The notes below the pieces were generated by a model. That model was not told the DNA's origin, searched no databases, and saw only the letters and a program-made list of their open reading frames with translations. This document shows positions 49,401 through 63,483 of a stretch of 64,000 bases of DNA, piece by piece. This stretch comes from Azolla caroliniana (Eukaryota > Plantae > Polypodiophyta): the NCBI GenBank assembly GCA_043228905.1, contig JBHGNT010000017.1, forward strand, positions 6,820,001 to 6,884,000. The letters run 5' to 3'. Every line of letters starts with the position of its first letter. The stretch's first letter is position 1. Made by a program: the position numbers and the translations under genes.

Positions 49401-52400
49401 AAGTCTTACATACTATAATATCAAGCATACTAATTCTTACATGCCAACTCTTACATACTCAATCTTACATATTGGGTCTTACATACTGAGTTTTACATAC
49501 TAGGTCTTACACGCCACTCTTTATACAAAGTTTTGAAGTCTAAATTTTGTCTAGGAGAAATATATATACAAGGTCCTAAGGTTCACATCCGAGTTGATGT
49601 TAATGACACTATTGTTCAATGTCCGAGGCGAGTTTGAATGTCGGAATCGGTTTCCGTTTTCCTTTTCCTTCGGAATTCCAGCTCTCCGATGTCTTCAATG
49701 GTCTGGACGCATCATCCATGCGCCGTCGTTTCTCATCCACATACACATCATGTAACTGACGTAGAGCATATACGCTATTCTTATCTACAGGGCACTCCCA
49801 TCCCGTAACTTCTCGGATGCCTTCCGCGGTGCTTCAGACCTCATCAGAGTCAGTTTTCTCGGAGATTTCTAGCACTTCCGGCTAGAAAGATGACTTCTCT
49901 CTAGATGTTTCACCCACACATATTCCTGCGGTTGTCGCATAATTTCTTTTTGCCGCAATCTCCTTCTCTAGGACCTTCTTCATGCCGCCTTTTCGGAGGT
50001 TCGGTTGAAGTGGCTTCCGAGAGTCCATTGAATGGATCCAATTTCCCTCGTAGTAGATGAGATCCTGTCGTAAAGCGTCCTTGTGCTCATCACAATCTTT
50101 CCGATCATGTTCGGTGTTTTCCCACCATATGAATCGACAGTTCATATACTTGGAACTTGTGGGACAGTCTTCCGACTTCTTCACCATCAGGATTTTCAGA
50201 TTCTCACTCCTTCAGTAACTACTCCACCATGCTGGCATCAATTTCCTTCTCGGTCGTAGTCTCCCGAGCCCATGGTTGATGGTCTTCCAATCCGACTCTT
50301 GATCTTGGAATTGGTTCTGAACCCTTTTTTCTTCATTAACAAGCCATTGCCCCCTCTTTATGTATCGCGTGAGGATTTCCTACATATTCTCCCCTGTATT
50401 GGTGAGGCCACTCTCAGTAGTCGTATCCTCTAGAAGCACTCTAAGACCTTTCTGGTCCCAGACGTCCACGGCTCGTAAGAACATGATCACTTTGTCTGGT
50501 GCAAGGATAGCTTGATATCTCATAGACAGCCTCCCAAATCGACTTCAAATGCTGAAAAGACATCGAGGACCTTCAGCCCCTTGTCCAGTGTTTCCACCCA
50601 ATCTTCAAATCCTCTCTGTGTTGCCTTGGAGGAGTCCTCGATAGCGAACGTAGTCTTCAACGCTTCTACAAATGACGCCCACGTCGGATTTTGTTGTCGT
50701 ATCCCGTGGATAGTCCCTTGCAGCCCATCCGTAGCCACCCGATTGAAGGATGTAACTTGCAATCATTCCGATATTCCGCACCGTAGCATCTCCGCCTTGT
50801 AGTCCCACAAATAACGTGACACATCCTTCCCGTTGAATTGCCCGTTTCATTGCACGAGCTGTTCTACTGCCGCCACAATCTCGGACATCGTGCGTTGTTC
50901 TTGTAACATCCACTCAAACATCATCATCATGTTGTTAGGATCTTGTTGATTCTCCATCTCCTTGTTGCTCGTTTTCATGTCGGGTTCACCAAATGTATCG
51001 TGCCTTTCGGCGCCGGATTGTTGCGTGAGTCAGGTGGGAACCGCTAGGGTTTTGGACTAGGAGGAGAAAGAATTTGAAATGAGTCTAATTATGAATAGAT
51101 TGCAAGAAAGAGAGATAGGAAACTCATGAATTCGACAAGTATACTATATTAATCAATACTTAGAAAAGAATATGAATTTTGATTGAAAGAGAGTAATAGA
51201 TAGAAAACTTTGTGAATCCCACGAGTATAATATATTAATCAACCCTTGTGAAGAAAAATTAACAACAACCCCTCACAATTTGCCCCTCACAATTTTTATA
51301 TAGTGATGGGAGAGACTAAGTATATCTTACGACATGCAAACATGATGCTTTTTCTGTAACTCGAGTGTTCATGCACACTAGATGTCTTAGTTTTTTCTAT
51401 CATACTTTTTTTTTTCTTTTTAACTCAAGTGTTCATGCACACTAGATGTACATGAATAACTTTCTTTATCATGATTTTTCTTTTAACTCGAGTTATTATG
51501 CATGAATAACTTTTCTTTCATGTTTATCTAGAATATCTACGTGGGATTAACTTTTGTATAACAAGAATCTATAATTATAACACTCATAATGTGTTAGTAC
51601 AATGGTAACGATTGGAATTGTTAATATGGAGGTACAAGGTTCAAATCTTGTCGTATGCATGTAACATAATTATTTTAGTATTCTCTCTTATTTCTTTATA
51701 CTTAGTCAATCGGGTACTCTACACATATTTTACGTAGTGGACAAGGCACACTACGACAACGTACTGCAATTCCATGTCACCATTGAGAACATGCTCGCAC
51801 ACAAAGTGGTAATGCACTTCGATGTGCTTTGTCCGAGCATGGAATATGGGGTTCTTTTCAAATTGGATATTGTTGGGGTTGACGCCGTAGACCACCGTTG
51901 GATCAAACACCTCCACCTACAGATCCTTTAGTAGCTGCTTTAGCCAAATGTCTTCGCATGTAGCGATAATCGCTCCTCTATACTCGTTCTCAGTGCTCGA
52001 GAGTGCCACTGTCAGCTGCCTCTTGCTGTGCCAAGTGATTGCCGCACTCCCGAAGGAGAATGCATATCCCGATGTTGATCTGCGATCACCTACACTTCTG
52101 GCCCAATCAACATCAGTGTATCCGACCAAATCTTTGAGTACACCTGTCTGATATAGCATCCCACGATCCTTCGTGGCGCTGACATATCACAATATTCTTT
52201 GCGCGCACTGAAGGTGATAAGATGTCGATTGCGACATGACTTGACTAATCAAGCCAAATGGATAATTGAGGTATGATCGGGTGATTGTCAGATAGATGAG
52301 GCTTCCAACAATTTTCCGGAAACGTGTTGCGTCGCAAGACGGCCCTAATCCGTGGCAAAGTTTTATATTTTTGTCCAGAGGAGTCGAGATGGATTTGCAA

Positions 52401-54931
52401 TTCTTCATACCGAACTTGAAGAGCATATTCAACATGTAATGCATTTGGCTGATCAATATGCCTTCCGAGGTGCAGACCAATTCGATCCCAAGGAAATAGT
52501 GAAGGTCCCCCAAGTCCTTCATTTCGAATGATGTCGCCAACTTAGACTTGACGCAACCGATTTCCTCCAGGTCGGCGTTGGTGATGAACAATTCATCCAA
52601 ATCTAGCAAAATGCTACCCGGCCCATTCCGACCTTGTTGGATGAATAAGATGAGTTCGACTTTGACGTAGCAAACCCCATCGTACGCAAACACTGTGTAA
52701 TTTTGGCATTCCAAGCTTGGGGGACTTGCTTTATTTCGTAAAGGGACCAATCGGCAAACTGCCAATTTGCTCAACTTGGACTGAAATTTGGGGGGCTATA
52801 CCATGTACACTTGTTCCTCAATCTCACCTTGCAGAAATGTGTTCTTTACATCCATCTGATGTAGATGCCACCCCTTTGTCACGACTACGACCAACAACAC
52901 ATGGACGGTCGTCATCTTCACGACCAACGCGAACATTTCATCGTAGTCGATCCCGTGTTGCTGCCCATAGCCCATGGCCACCAGTCGGACCTTATACTTG
53001 TTAACTAAGTCGTCCGCATTGTACTTTACCTTGTACACCCATTTGCATCCGATCAGCTTGACTCCCTTTGGGTGGTCAACCAGGTCCCACCTCTCATTTT
53101 GGACCAATGCACGCAACTCTTCCTCCATTGGCCGCTCTCGATTTGGCGTCTTGTGCCGCCGCCACGTAGCTCTTCGACTCACATATGTCTGCCACTTTAG
53201 TCATGTATGCATAGTGAAGCTCCATGTACTCATTGTAGCCATAATGAACTATGGGGGTTTTCTAGCGAGTTGATCGGCGCAACCTTTCATTGGCCGTCTT
53301 CAAGGCCCTTCTGGCTAAATCTGTCCTTAGCTCGTGAGGACCTCCATCTCTCATGGATCCATCGGATTCACTCCAATCCAATGTGCTTGCTTCTATGCCA
53401 TACTCCGTCATCTTTTTCTTTCCCTTCTCCTTGCGTGTTAGCCATCTCTTTGGCTTCATATGGTGGTATTGCACGGTCGAGTCTTCGTCGCTCACTCAAT
53501 TAGTCGTTCTGGCTCAACTCCTAATTCGGCCCGCTTAGCTGGAATGAGATCAGACCTTGTTCAAGAGTGTCGAATTCTTCCTCCATCATCATCTCGTCCT
53601 TATTGACAAGTCATCTTTACAATTCAGCTCGGAGGCCCGGGGGGTTGGATAGATCAAAGGTTGGTACCACAAAGCCCTTCATTGAACACGACATCACAGC
53701 TAACTTGAACCTATTTCGTTCAGGGGTTATAGAACTTATAACCCTTTTGATCGTCCAATTGCACATATGCTATGCTACCGAACACTTTGCCTCCAGCTGT
53801 AGATTTCCGATTCTGAAGGTAGACAATCGATCTAACGGCTTCAGCCTAGTAGAACTTGGGATGCTCTTCTCTTCTAGCATTGCCCTGGCCACTTCCTCAA
53901 TGATCCGGTTCTTCCTTTCACCAAACTCCCTCATTTTACACATAACTTGCGAACTGGTCGTAAACGTAGTCTTTTCCGCCATCGGTTTGAATGCACTTGA
54001 TCTTCCATTCCGTCTCCCATTCCACCAGGTTTTTTACCTTTAGGAAGCAAGAGAAGAATTCTTCTCGATCAAGCACGTCCAGGTATGCCGAATGAAATCA
54101 TCAATGAAAGTCATGAAATATCAACTCCCTCCGATGCTCACATTTTGTGTTGATCCCCACACATCCAAATGGATTAAATCGAGCTTCATACGGCTTTGAT
54201 AACGTTCGTTGGGGAATGGAAGCCAATGTTGCTTCCCTAACTAGCAGGCTTAGCAAACTTGGCCCTTTTAGCCACTACATTTCAGCAAGCAGAAAACGAT
54301 GTTCTTTGTCTGCATTTCTTGTAGCCATGGGAAGTTGACGTGGCCGATCCACTTGTGCCAGAAGTCGATGTTTGACTCGACCTTTTGACCTTTGGAAAAC
54401 ATAGGGGTACCGACGTCGTTCACCTTCTCTATGCCCTTGCACTATAATTCGGCCTTCCTCCTCGATGAGCACCCGAGAGCTAAACCGAACTTGCATCCCT
54501 TGGTCGAAGATCTGTCCGACCAACACCAAGTTCTTGGTGATCGTCAAGACGTGCTGGACATTCCTCAACATTCATCTCTAATCAACATGGTTTAGAGGGA
54601 CATATCTAATGTGCTCAATGGGGATGAGAGGTCTTGTCGCCAGTTTCGACGACTCCCAACTGTTTTGGCTTCTCCAGTGTTGAGAACCATTCCTTATGGT
54701 TCGTCTTGTGGTTTGATGTGCCAAACTCAACATACCACACCTCCTTCAGTTTTGAGGTGCTCAACACCATTGAATTGGCCTTGTGCTTCATCATAAAGGT
54801 TGGGCCCATTCTAGCTTGCCCTAAGCCTTCGGTGTAGTGCGTTCTCTACCACCTTTCTCCATCGGCACGACAGCTCTGTCCGAATCCAATTTCTCTTTCT
54901 AGCACTCGCCCTCCTTGTGACCCTTAGTCTA

Positions 54932-57900
54932 TGTCAGGAACAGTACTAAAATAGAGAGAGATTTAGTACTAGAGAAGGAAAGTACTATGAAGATTAGTAC
55001 TAAGAGGAAGGGAGTGTGTAAGAGAGAGAGAGAGAGATTATATTATCGTCGTCTGGGGGGGGAGAGAGAGAGAGAATGTATTATATTAAGAGTAAGTACA
55101 AGAATAGGTAGGAGGCTTAAGACTGGCGTTGAACCAAATTGGTTCGAAATAATGCCTTGTGCCTCTTTTTATAGTGTTGTCAGGAGGACTCCTGAAGTTT
55201 CTAGAATGTTCCAGAGAAATCTGGAATATACATCAATTTTCTATTGTGAAATAATAAATGAAAACAATATTCTTTGTATTACAATGTATAGCTTAATGGT
55301 TGGGCTTCAACCCATGTGACACTAGGTCATGAATTTAAATCCTTTTAATGCCATACCATGCTATATCATGATATCCCCCTCTTTAAACGACAATTGTTAC
55401 GATTCGTCTTTGATTGAGGACTTGGTTTGTTCGGATGTTGACAATGGAAGTCTTCAAGAAGAGCTCGAGCATTCGCCAAATTCGTCACTAGTTCCCGAGT
55501 ACGCTCGCTTGGACTATTTCCGAACCCATTTACCAAGTAATAGAGCTTGTAGCGAACAATCTTGGAGTCGAGGATGGTAGCAATCTCGAACTCAGGTCCA
55601 TCTTCAAGTTTGATCGGGGGTGGAGATGGTGTAATATGATCTGGGATAGCGCTGTCTAGATAGGGTTCTAGGAGAGAACTATGAAATACTGGATGTATCC
55701 ATAATTGCGAAGGAAGATCAAGGCGAAAAGTAATATCATTAATTTTTCCGTTAATACGGAAAGGGCCTAGCCGTCAATAATCCAGTTTTTCGCACAGTCG
55801 AGTAGTCTTGATGTGCCATCTTAATAGCCATACTCGATCTCCAATATTAAAAGGGGATGGAATCCGATGACAATGCACATAGTCCTTCTGTGTTTGCTGG
55901 GTGTGATGTATGTGGGTAGATAGTTCTACCTAAATTCGTCGTAACCGCTCCAAATGATCCTCTGCACAAGGATTTGTGGGTAACTCAGGAGTTTCTAATA
56001 TAGACCAGTGAGGATGATAACCGATATAAATGTAGAATGGTGAAACCCTAGTAGAGGAGGGTGTAGAATTATTATTAGCAAATTCAGCAAAATGTAGAAT
56101 ATCCGCCCAATCATCTCGTTGATAGCTTAGAAAACACCAAAGATACTGTTCCAATGTTTGATTGGTACGTTCAGCTTGTCCATCTATTTGGGGATGATAG
56201 CCGAAGGAGAGGTTGCAGGTGGCCTTGAGCATTTTAAAGAGATGTTTCCAAAATTTAGAGATGAATTGCGATCCACGATCATTGATGATACTGTCGGGAA
56301 GACCATGATGCCGAAATACTTCACGCATAACAATTCCATCGGTTCTTCACTAGTAATTTCGTTAGTATAGGGCATGAAATGTGTCATCTTAGTAAATCGA
56401 TCTACCATTGTTAAGATTGCATTGAAACGCCTTGAATCCGGAAGAACTGTGATAAAATCGATAGAAATAGATTGTCATGGTTTGCTTGGGATTGGTAATG
56501 GCTCCAACAAACCATATGGATGATGTCTCAGCATCTTTGCTCTACAACATGTATCACATGTCCGAACATAGTCTTCGACAAATCTTCGCATACGGGGCCA
56601 CCAAAATGATCGTTGTACTAAATCAAATGTTTTAGTACTACCAAAATGTCCAGTTGTATATGTGTCGTGATAATTTTGTAATATTCGAAGGCGGCACAAA
56701 CCATTGGGAACATACAAAATTTTCTTAAAGAAGAGTAATCCATTATGACATTTGAATTGCTGATAATCTATACCTGGTTGTTGTGATCATGAACAAGATG
56801 CCCTAGAAGAATCGATTTGATCTACAATAGCTTGAGTGAAAACATCCGTCTTCAAATTTTCATATATGGTATCGATAATGCAGGAATCCAATGGAGTGTC
56901 AAAGATCCACGTTGCTTGAAGTCATGTCAATCCCAAGATTACTTGCTTTTGATTGTTGAAGGCTAGATCACTAGGACGAAGAGCTAGATACAAGTGTCGT
57001 GATAATGCATCCACCTTCCCGTGTTGCTTGCTTAGACAATATGTAATCCTAATATCAAAATGAGTGAGTAATTGGGCCCACCGAGCTTGTCGTCTATTTA
57101 ACACGTGATCATTTTGAAAGTAGGCAAGATTCTTGTGATCACTGAATACAGTGACTTGATGAGGAGATCCTTCTAAAAAATGCCTCCATTGTGCAAAAGA
57201 GTCCACTATTTCGTAGTTGATTTCAACGTAGTCAAATTTGCGTGAGTGAAACGCCAAGGGATGTAGCTTCTCATCATCGCCTTATTGTGATAAAATACTA
57301 CCTAGGGCGAAATCTGACGCGTTTGCCTCCATGAAAAATGGTTTTTGTAGATCAACATGACCTAAAATAGGAGCCGATGTAAATGCTTTCTTGAGACCCT
57401 CAAAAGCCGTGTCCGCTTCCTCAGACCAAACAAATGATTGACCCTTCTTTGTCAGTTGTGTGAGCGACAAAATAAGATTTGAGTAGTCTTGTATAAACTT
57501 GTGATAGAAGTTTGTGAATCCTAGAAAGCATTGCACATCTCGCAACGAACGTGGAGTCTGCCACTCTAGCACAGTTTGAACTTTAGCCGCATCCATAGAG
57601 ATGCCTTCCGAGGAAATGACATAGCCGAGAGATCATCCAAGTAGAGGATTAAACAGATGTCCAAAATATATTGGAATATATCATTTTCCATGTGGTGGAA
57701 GACTGTTGGCGCATTGTTGAGGCCGAATGGCATAACCGTATACTCGAAGTGCCCATATCGGGTGCGGAAAGCTGTCTTCCATTCGTCTCCCGATTGAATC
57801 CATACGAGGTTATATGCTCCTCGTAAGTCGATTTTTGTGAAAAACTTGGCGCCATTAATCCTTTCTAAAATACTCAAGATCAAGGGAAGTGCATACCTAT

Positions 57901-60390
57901 TCCTGATGGTGACCTTATTCAAGCCACGGTAATCCACGACTAGACAAAGTGAGCCATCTTTTTTCTTGACGAAGAAAATGGGTGCACCGACTAGAGATTT
58001 CGAATGTCGAATGAACCCGTTTGCCAAATTTTCCTTTATGTAAGCTCGAAGAACTTCAAGCTCTGTTGGTGACAAGTTGTAGATTGGTCCCCACGGTGAC
58101 TCTTTTCCTGGTTGTAAATCAATTGGACAATCATACGGTCGATGATGAGGAAGAGTACTAGCTTTTATCTTATCAAAAATGTCAATGATACTTTTTTGGA
58201 AGTTGAATTGCTAACTCCTTAACGGTGTTGGAAGGTTTGACTGATGCTAGGAATACAAACATTGATTCCATGCGTCCTTCCTCATGCAATTGATGTAGCG
58301 AAATGGTTGAAACCTTATGTCAAGTAGATTCTTGGGGTTGTCGATACCTAATTTCTCTTGTTCTCCAATGTATGTCCGGATTGTGTAATTCAACCATGGT
58401 AACCCCAAAACAATGGGATGTTTTGGGCTACTAATTATATTAAATGATACTACACACGCCAAATTATCTAGGACAATACTAATTGGCTCTTACTCTTCTA
58501 TGATATTTCCAGAAGGAATGGGACGACCATCAATGACAACAGCATGAGCTGCACAAAATTCCTATCCATGAAGGAAGAATTAGCTCCGGAATCTAAGAGT
58601 GCTAAGATATTACTAGAGGGTACTTTTAGTACTAACTGTTACTTGAGCTAAGAACACATTGCTAACTTGCTTAGAGGGAATGGAACCACTAATGGGTTGC
58701 ACAGATCTAGGGTTGTCCAACCAAACGGCTCCTATTTGGGCTAGACTTAGTCGTTTAACTCTTCTTCTAACTAACAAAGGACATCAAATTTGTTTGATAG
58801 ACTTGGGCTATTAGTACTATTAGGACTATCAAATATTCCTACTAAAATAGACTCGGGTTTAGTACAATTAGTACTAGTGACTATTTGGTTTACCTATCTT
58901 CTTGGCCTATGGGGACAATTCACTGCAATATGCCCCAGTCCACCACAATAAAGACATTGTCGATTTGCTCGGCGTCGCAGCTTTTCCTCTTCTGATAATT
59001 GTCTGCGACGACGTGTGGTGTCGATTTCCATCGGAGTTGGAGTATTTCCTAGGGATGCATTCTAGGGCTCCCTTGGAAAAGGTTTTGCTACAACTTAGGT
59101 GTAGGTGGGCTTCAATCTTGTCCTTGGCATCTGGAACTGACGTTCCGAACATCGTTCGAAAAGGCAATTATTGCATCGTACTGCGCAATTGATTGCTTTT
59201 GTTAATGACTTTGGCTCTTCGGGGAAAGTCAAGAGTAAATCCTTGACATCATTACTTAGGCCATAATGAAATTGTTCCATTAAGGCCTGGTCATCCCAAG
59301 GAATATCGATGGTGAGAAGACGAAAATCCGCAGCATAAGCTAAGGCCGACCGATCACCGTGGCACAATCTTAGGATTTTGTTGATTGTTGTCCTAACGTT
59401 GTCAGTATCTCCAAAACAGGGTTTTAACTCGCTAATAAACTCTGCAAAATTATTTAACAAGGGAGAGCTTTTTTCTAATAGGAGGGCAAACCATGCCAAA
59501 GTCGTGCCACTAAGTAGGATGCCTACTAGTCCCACTCGTGATGTATCGATGGGATATCGAGAAGGATGCATTTGAATCACTAAACGTACCTGATTAAGAA
59601 AACATCTAAACTGTGATCGGGTCCCATCAAATTTCATAGGAAGACCAATCTTGGGTTCTTTGTGAGTTCCTTGAATGCTTGATCCTTGTTGTTGTAATGA
59701 TACAATAGTCACTTCAAGTTGTTGCACACGTAACGTCAGCTCCCCTTGTTGTTGGTGTTTTTCTAGAGCCATTTGTTGAAGATCCCCCAACAGACGGTGA
59801 TTTTCTTGTTCTAGTGCTACAAACTTCTCTTTTAAGCACTAGAGCTCTGAGAAAACAGATTGGTATTCTTGAGCGCTAACAATTGCCATTTACTAGGGAG
59901 GATAAGAGGATTAGCATAAAGGGAAGGAGGGATAAGAGGATAACAAATTCGGTTCAAACTATCAGGAATAGTCCTAAAACAGAGAGAGAATTAGTACTAG
60001 AGAAGGAAAGTATTATGAAGATTAGTACTAAAAGGAAGGGAGTGTGTAAGACTCACAAGAGAGAGAGAGAGAGAGAATGATGATAACAGGTGATATATTA
60101 TATGAAGTGTAAGTACAAGAATAGATAGGAGGCTTAAGACTGGCGTTTAACCGAATTGGTTCGAAATAATTCCTTGTGCCTCTTTTTATAGTGCTGTCAG
60201 GAGTACTCTTGAAGTTTCTAGAATGTTCCAGAGAAATTTGGAATATACATCAATTTTCTATAGTGAAATAATAAATGAAAACAATATTCTTTGTATTACA
60301 ATGTATAGCTTAATGGTTGGGCTTCAACCCATGTGACACTAGGTCATGAATTTAAATCCTTTTAATGCCATACCATGCTATATCATGATA
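54932..60390 (-). mobile_element. Full-length degenerate Tcn1-like Gypsy chromovirus (element D)
   Basis: LTRs 59960-60390 and 54932-55373. Perfect TSD GTCTA (54927-54931 / 60391-60395). PPT at 55374-55382. gag 59095-59790 (EPKIGLPMKFDGTRSQF), RT 57566-58075, RH, INT 55930-56717, chromodomain remnant ~55480-55610. Confidence 0.93.
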
Positions 60391-60882
60391 GTCTATGGCT
60401 TTTGCTTGCCGACTCTCGGCACCACCCTAACTACCCCTGATCGTGGAGGGTTTATTGTTGTCAGCATTCCTATTATACCTCTGATTTTGCTCATATCGGC
60501 CGCCTCCATTACATGTCAATCCACCTTTGTGCATAGCATTTTGCTCCTGACGTGCATGCTCGTTGATGCATCCGTGTGGTTCTCCTTTACAATGAGCATT
60601 GACTGCAAGTCGAAGAATGACAAAGGCATCTCTCTTGTGGAGATTGTCGTCCAAATTACCCGTATTTTTGAGCTAACCAACCAAGGCAGATTTGCACCAT
60701 CTTGTCTTCATCCACCGTCACGATGATGGAACCGAATGCATCGGTTTCACAGATCTCCTTGATCTTCGTGGTGTAGTTAGTTACTGGCATTCCTCCTTGC
60801 CGGATGTTGTTGAGCTCCAATCTGAGCTGCAACTTACGGGTTGTGGTGTTGGTGGCGAAGACCCTCTTTAGGTTCCCCCAAG

Positions 60883-61269
60883 TGTCATGGACATGACAAC
60901 GATCATGTCGTGATTCGAACTCTTGACCTATTGTATTATAATCAATTGATATGTTTTAACTAACACATCCAATACATGATCATGTTACCTTAGTAGATTA
61001 TCTATTGCACGTGCTAGAAGATTTTAGAAGCTTCCAAAAATCTCCAAAAGCTTGTGCATTAAAATAAGTCTCTACATGGAACTATATTTAGAGGCCACAA
61101 ACATGCATAAATACAGGGGTTCACCTTGACCATAGACAAGGTGAACAACGCTAGTTACAGAATCCAATATTTTTCTTGTCTATCTCTTGCTTGCTTCTCT
61201 CTCTATCTATTTCTCACTATCTTACCTTTCACCTAGCTCTATTTTGCTCTACTTTATCTATCCATGACA
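60883..61269 (+). mobile_element. Solo LTR (387 bp) related to the element A LTR family
   Basis: TGTCA...TGACA termini; perfect TSD CCAAG (60878-60882 / 61270-61274); contains GTTCACCTTG-n8-CAAGGTGAAC. Confidence 0.9.
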
Positions 61270-63483
61270 CCAAGCATAATTCGGTGACTTTGAATCTCTT
61301 ATGTACCCGAGCATCTAGTCGTGGACACACGAGGCAAAGTAGTACAAGACTCGGAGTGTTGCTTGCGCCCAAGCTCGGAAGTGTCTGTGTGTCGGCTTTG
61401 GTGTTACTTCATTTGCTCCTTCCACGTAGCTCCAATATTCATGACTCATGTCCAAGTAGGTACTAATGCATCTTGTATGCCCAAGATGCATATTTTCTCC
61501 TCTCAAGTTTTTCCGATGGCAGTGAGCTACCCATTCCTTTGTCCATGTTCTTCTGAATCTTTGTCCGAAGAAAGAAGGCTTGTCTATGTTGGAAGCGCTT
61601 GTTGGCTGCAAAGAATAGCGTGCAAAAGCTTACACAAACAGACACAACCGGCACTGCTGGACAGTAGAAGACAGTTAGGTAAACATAGAGATTAGGAGAG
61701 AGAGACAAAGAGAGCAGTCAACAAAAAACTATATTTAAAAAAATACAAGCCCTATTAACAATGGGTTGACTCAAGTACTGACAAGTACTTTCATGCTCAC
61801 ATAAGAGCATCCGACACTGATTGCCTATTATATTCCTATTTCTAAAAATATTAGTATAGGCCTGAAATAAGTTGTTGGCTCCTAGCCAATCCGGTTGTTG
61901 GCTTCTTTAGCTGATCCTTCTTCCAACTTCCTTAGCCAATCTGGCTATCAACTTCTCTAGCCAATCCGACCTCCTGGCTTTAGCCGATCCGGCTCATGTT
62001 GAACTTGTCTGTCAACAAGTAAGTATGTTGTGTTTAACAAAAGATGATGAGGAAGAAAAGAATAATCAGAGAAGATAAGTTCTAGAGTGGTGCTTTAGGG
62101 CGAAATCCTCGACTTTCAGTGCAACATCTCAACGATCAATGACCACGTCCCCTCTAGTCGATGATGGTCTTACACGCCCTCTTGATTCGCTACCCTAGCT
62201 TGCTTGCTTGTCAATCGGGTAGAGCTTTCGCGTCTTTCACTTTCTCCCCTCCAAGCAATGAGTTCTCATCCCCGTTTTATATGTTTCAAGAGGCTTTTCC
62301 CCAATAGAATTAGTGGGTGCTTTTTTATTTTACCACATATCATGCTTTTTCTTTCCAAATTATGTGCTCTATTTTTTCCCTCTCACTCATATTACAAGCT
62401 CTTATCAATTGTTTCCGTATAGTAAAGGACCAGAGATGGGTTTTGAACTAAGAATTTTTTATTGTTTTTAATGCAACACATTACTTGTCTTTCATATCAC
62501 ACTCTAGCTTTATCATTTAACCTAATTAATATTTGTGGTTTTAACTTGTTTCCTCCAATGTTATCATTTTGGCGAGGCGGATCAATGTTTTGTCTTTCGC
62601 CGGTTTCCCAAAAAGTCATGTAACTTTGTCTCTCGAGGTTGGAATTTTGAGTCGACTTCAAGATGTGCATCTTGGGAGCCAGAACTCAACCACCTCAAGG
62701 AAGATGAAGACAAAGGAGAAAGGCTTGGTAAGAGTGTGACAACCCTACCATTTTTGGCACATAACGAAGGATGTGCAGTTTGGTGGTGGTGGATGTCGTG
62801 ATGCAGAGAGTCAAAAGTAGAAATAGTGATAAAGGGGTATTTGTTTTATATATATAAAAGAAAAACAAATATCCAAGTGGAGAGGTTATTCATAATGTAA
62901 AAATTGGTGCATGGTTCAAGTCCCAACTAGTGCATAAGCAAAAGACCCATTATTAAATTTTGTTGTTGATGCCTCCCATATATAAAAAAAGGAGACGAGT
63001 TTAGTATCATCATTTGTATGTATCTAATAAGCATGATCCGTATTGACTCCAATTTAAAAATTCCCAGTAGACAAGGGGGTTGAGTCGGTGTTCCATCTCG
63101 AACAAGAAGCCTTTTACGGATTGTCTTCATTCTCATTTTGTATAAATAAAACAATTTCTCATTATGGTACATCTAGGCATTGAAACTGACTTGCGTGTCA
63201 ACTATTCCACAACTACACCAAAAAATCTAACTTGGCCTTGCATAAAGTTGCTAGAGTTCAATTAACATCCAAGTTTAAGGTAATGACACATATACCAAGT
63301 ATTGGCCATAATTTGCAAGAATATTCAGTGGTCCTCGTGAGAGGCAAAAGAGTCAAAGAAATAAAAAGGAATTTTCTTGTTAAAAACTTGTGTTTTTGGT
63401 CTTAATGGTTTTATGGTGTTAATGTAGTGCGATTAGTCCTCACCCTGTTTGGGTGCCATCGTGTTGAGAGAGAGAGAGAGAGA

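Larger units (their letters stand above)
39097..49608 (-). mobile_element. Degenerate Tcn1-like Gypsy chromovirus (element B) with two nested insertions
   Basis: LTRs 49221-49608 and 39097-40540 (the latter interrupted). TSD CTATC / CTATT. PPT at 40541-40553. gag 48370-49173, PR ~47800-48070, RT ~46500-47250, RH 42221-42700, INT ~41000-41870, chromodomain EYEVETILDSR...YLVLWKGY (~40570-40760). Confidence 0.92.
35049..51563 (-). mobile_element. Degenerate non-chromovirus Ty3/Gypsy (Phygy/Athila-Tat-like): 5' LTR 51019-51563, gag ~49614-50980, PR-RT-RH-INT ~35095-39096, 3' LTR reduced to 35049-35095; host of element B and a MITE
   Basis: PR-like IYHGSEINLM; RT LPQGATNSVA...FLDDIP; RH IETDCLPI...HISGKDNAVADMLSR; INT WMVDIVAMP...YALWADRTT. 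LTR TGTT...AACA is followed by a GGCGCCG PBS-like motif. 35049-35095 matches the LTR terminus at 51517-51562. Confidence 0.8.
51719..62017 (-). mobile_element. Degenerate Ty1/Copia (family E) split by element D and a solo LTR; 5' LTR ~61590-62017; 3' LTR not found
   Basis: gag MGSSLPSEKL...YASWAYKMH (~61460-61535); RT WDLVDHPKGVKLIGCKWVYK and MKDLGDLHYFLG; RH GYTDVDWA...RSTSGY and FHARTKHIEVHYHF. Many frameshifts. Confidence 0.85.
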
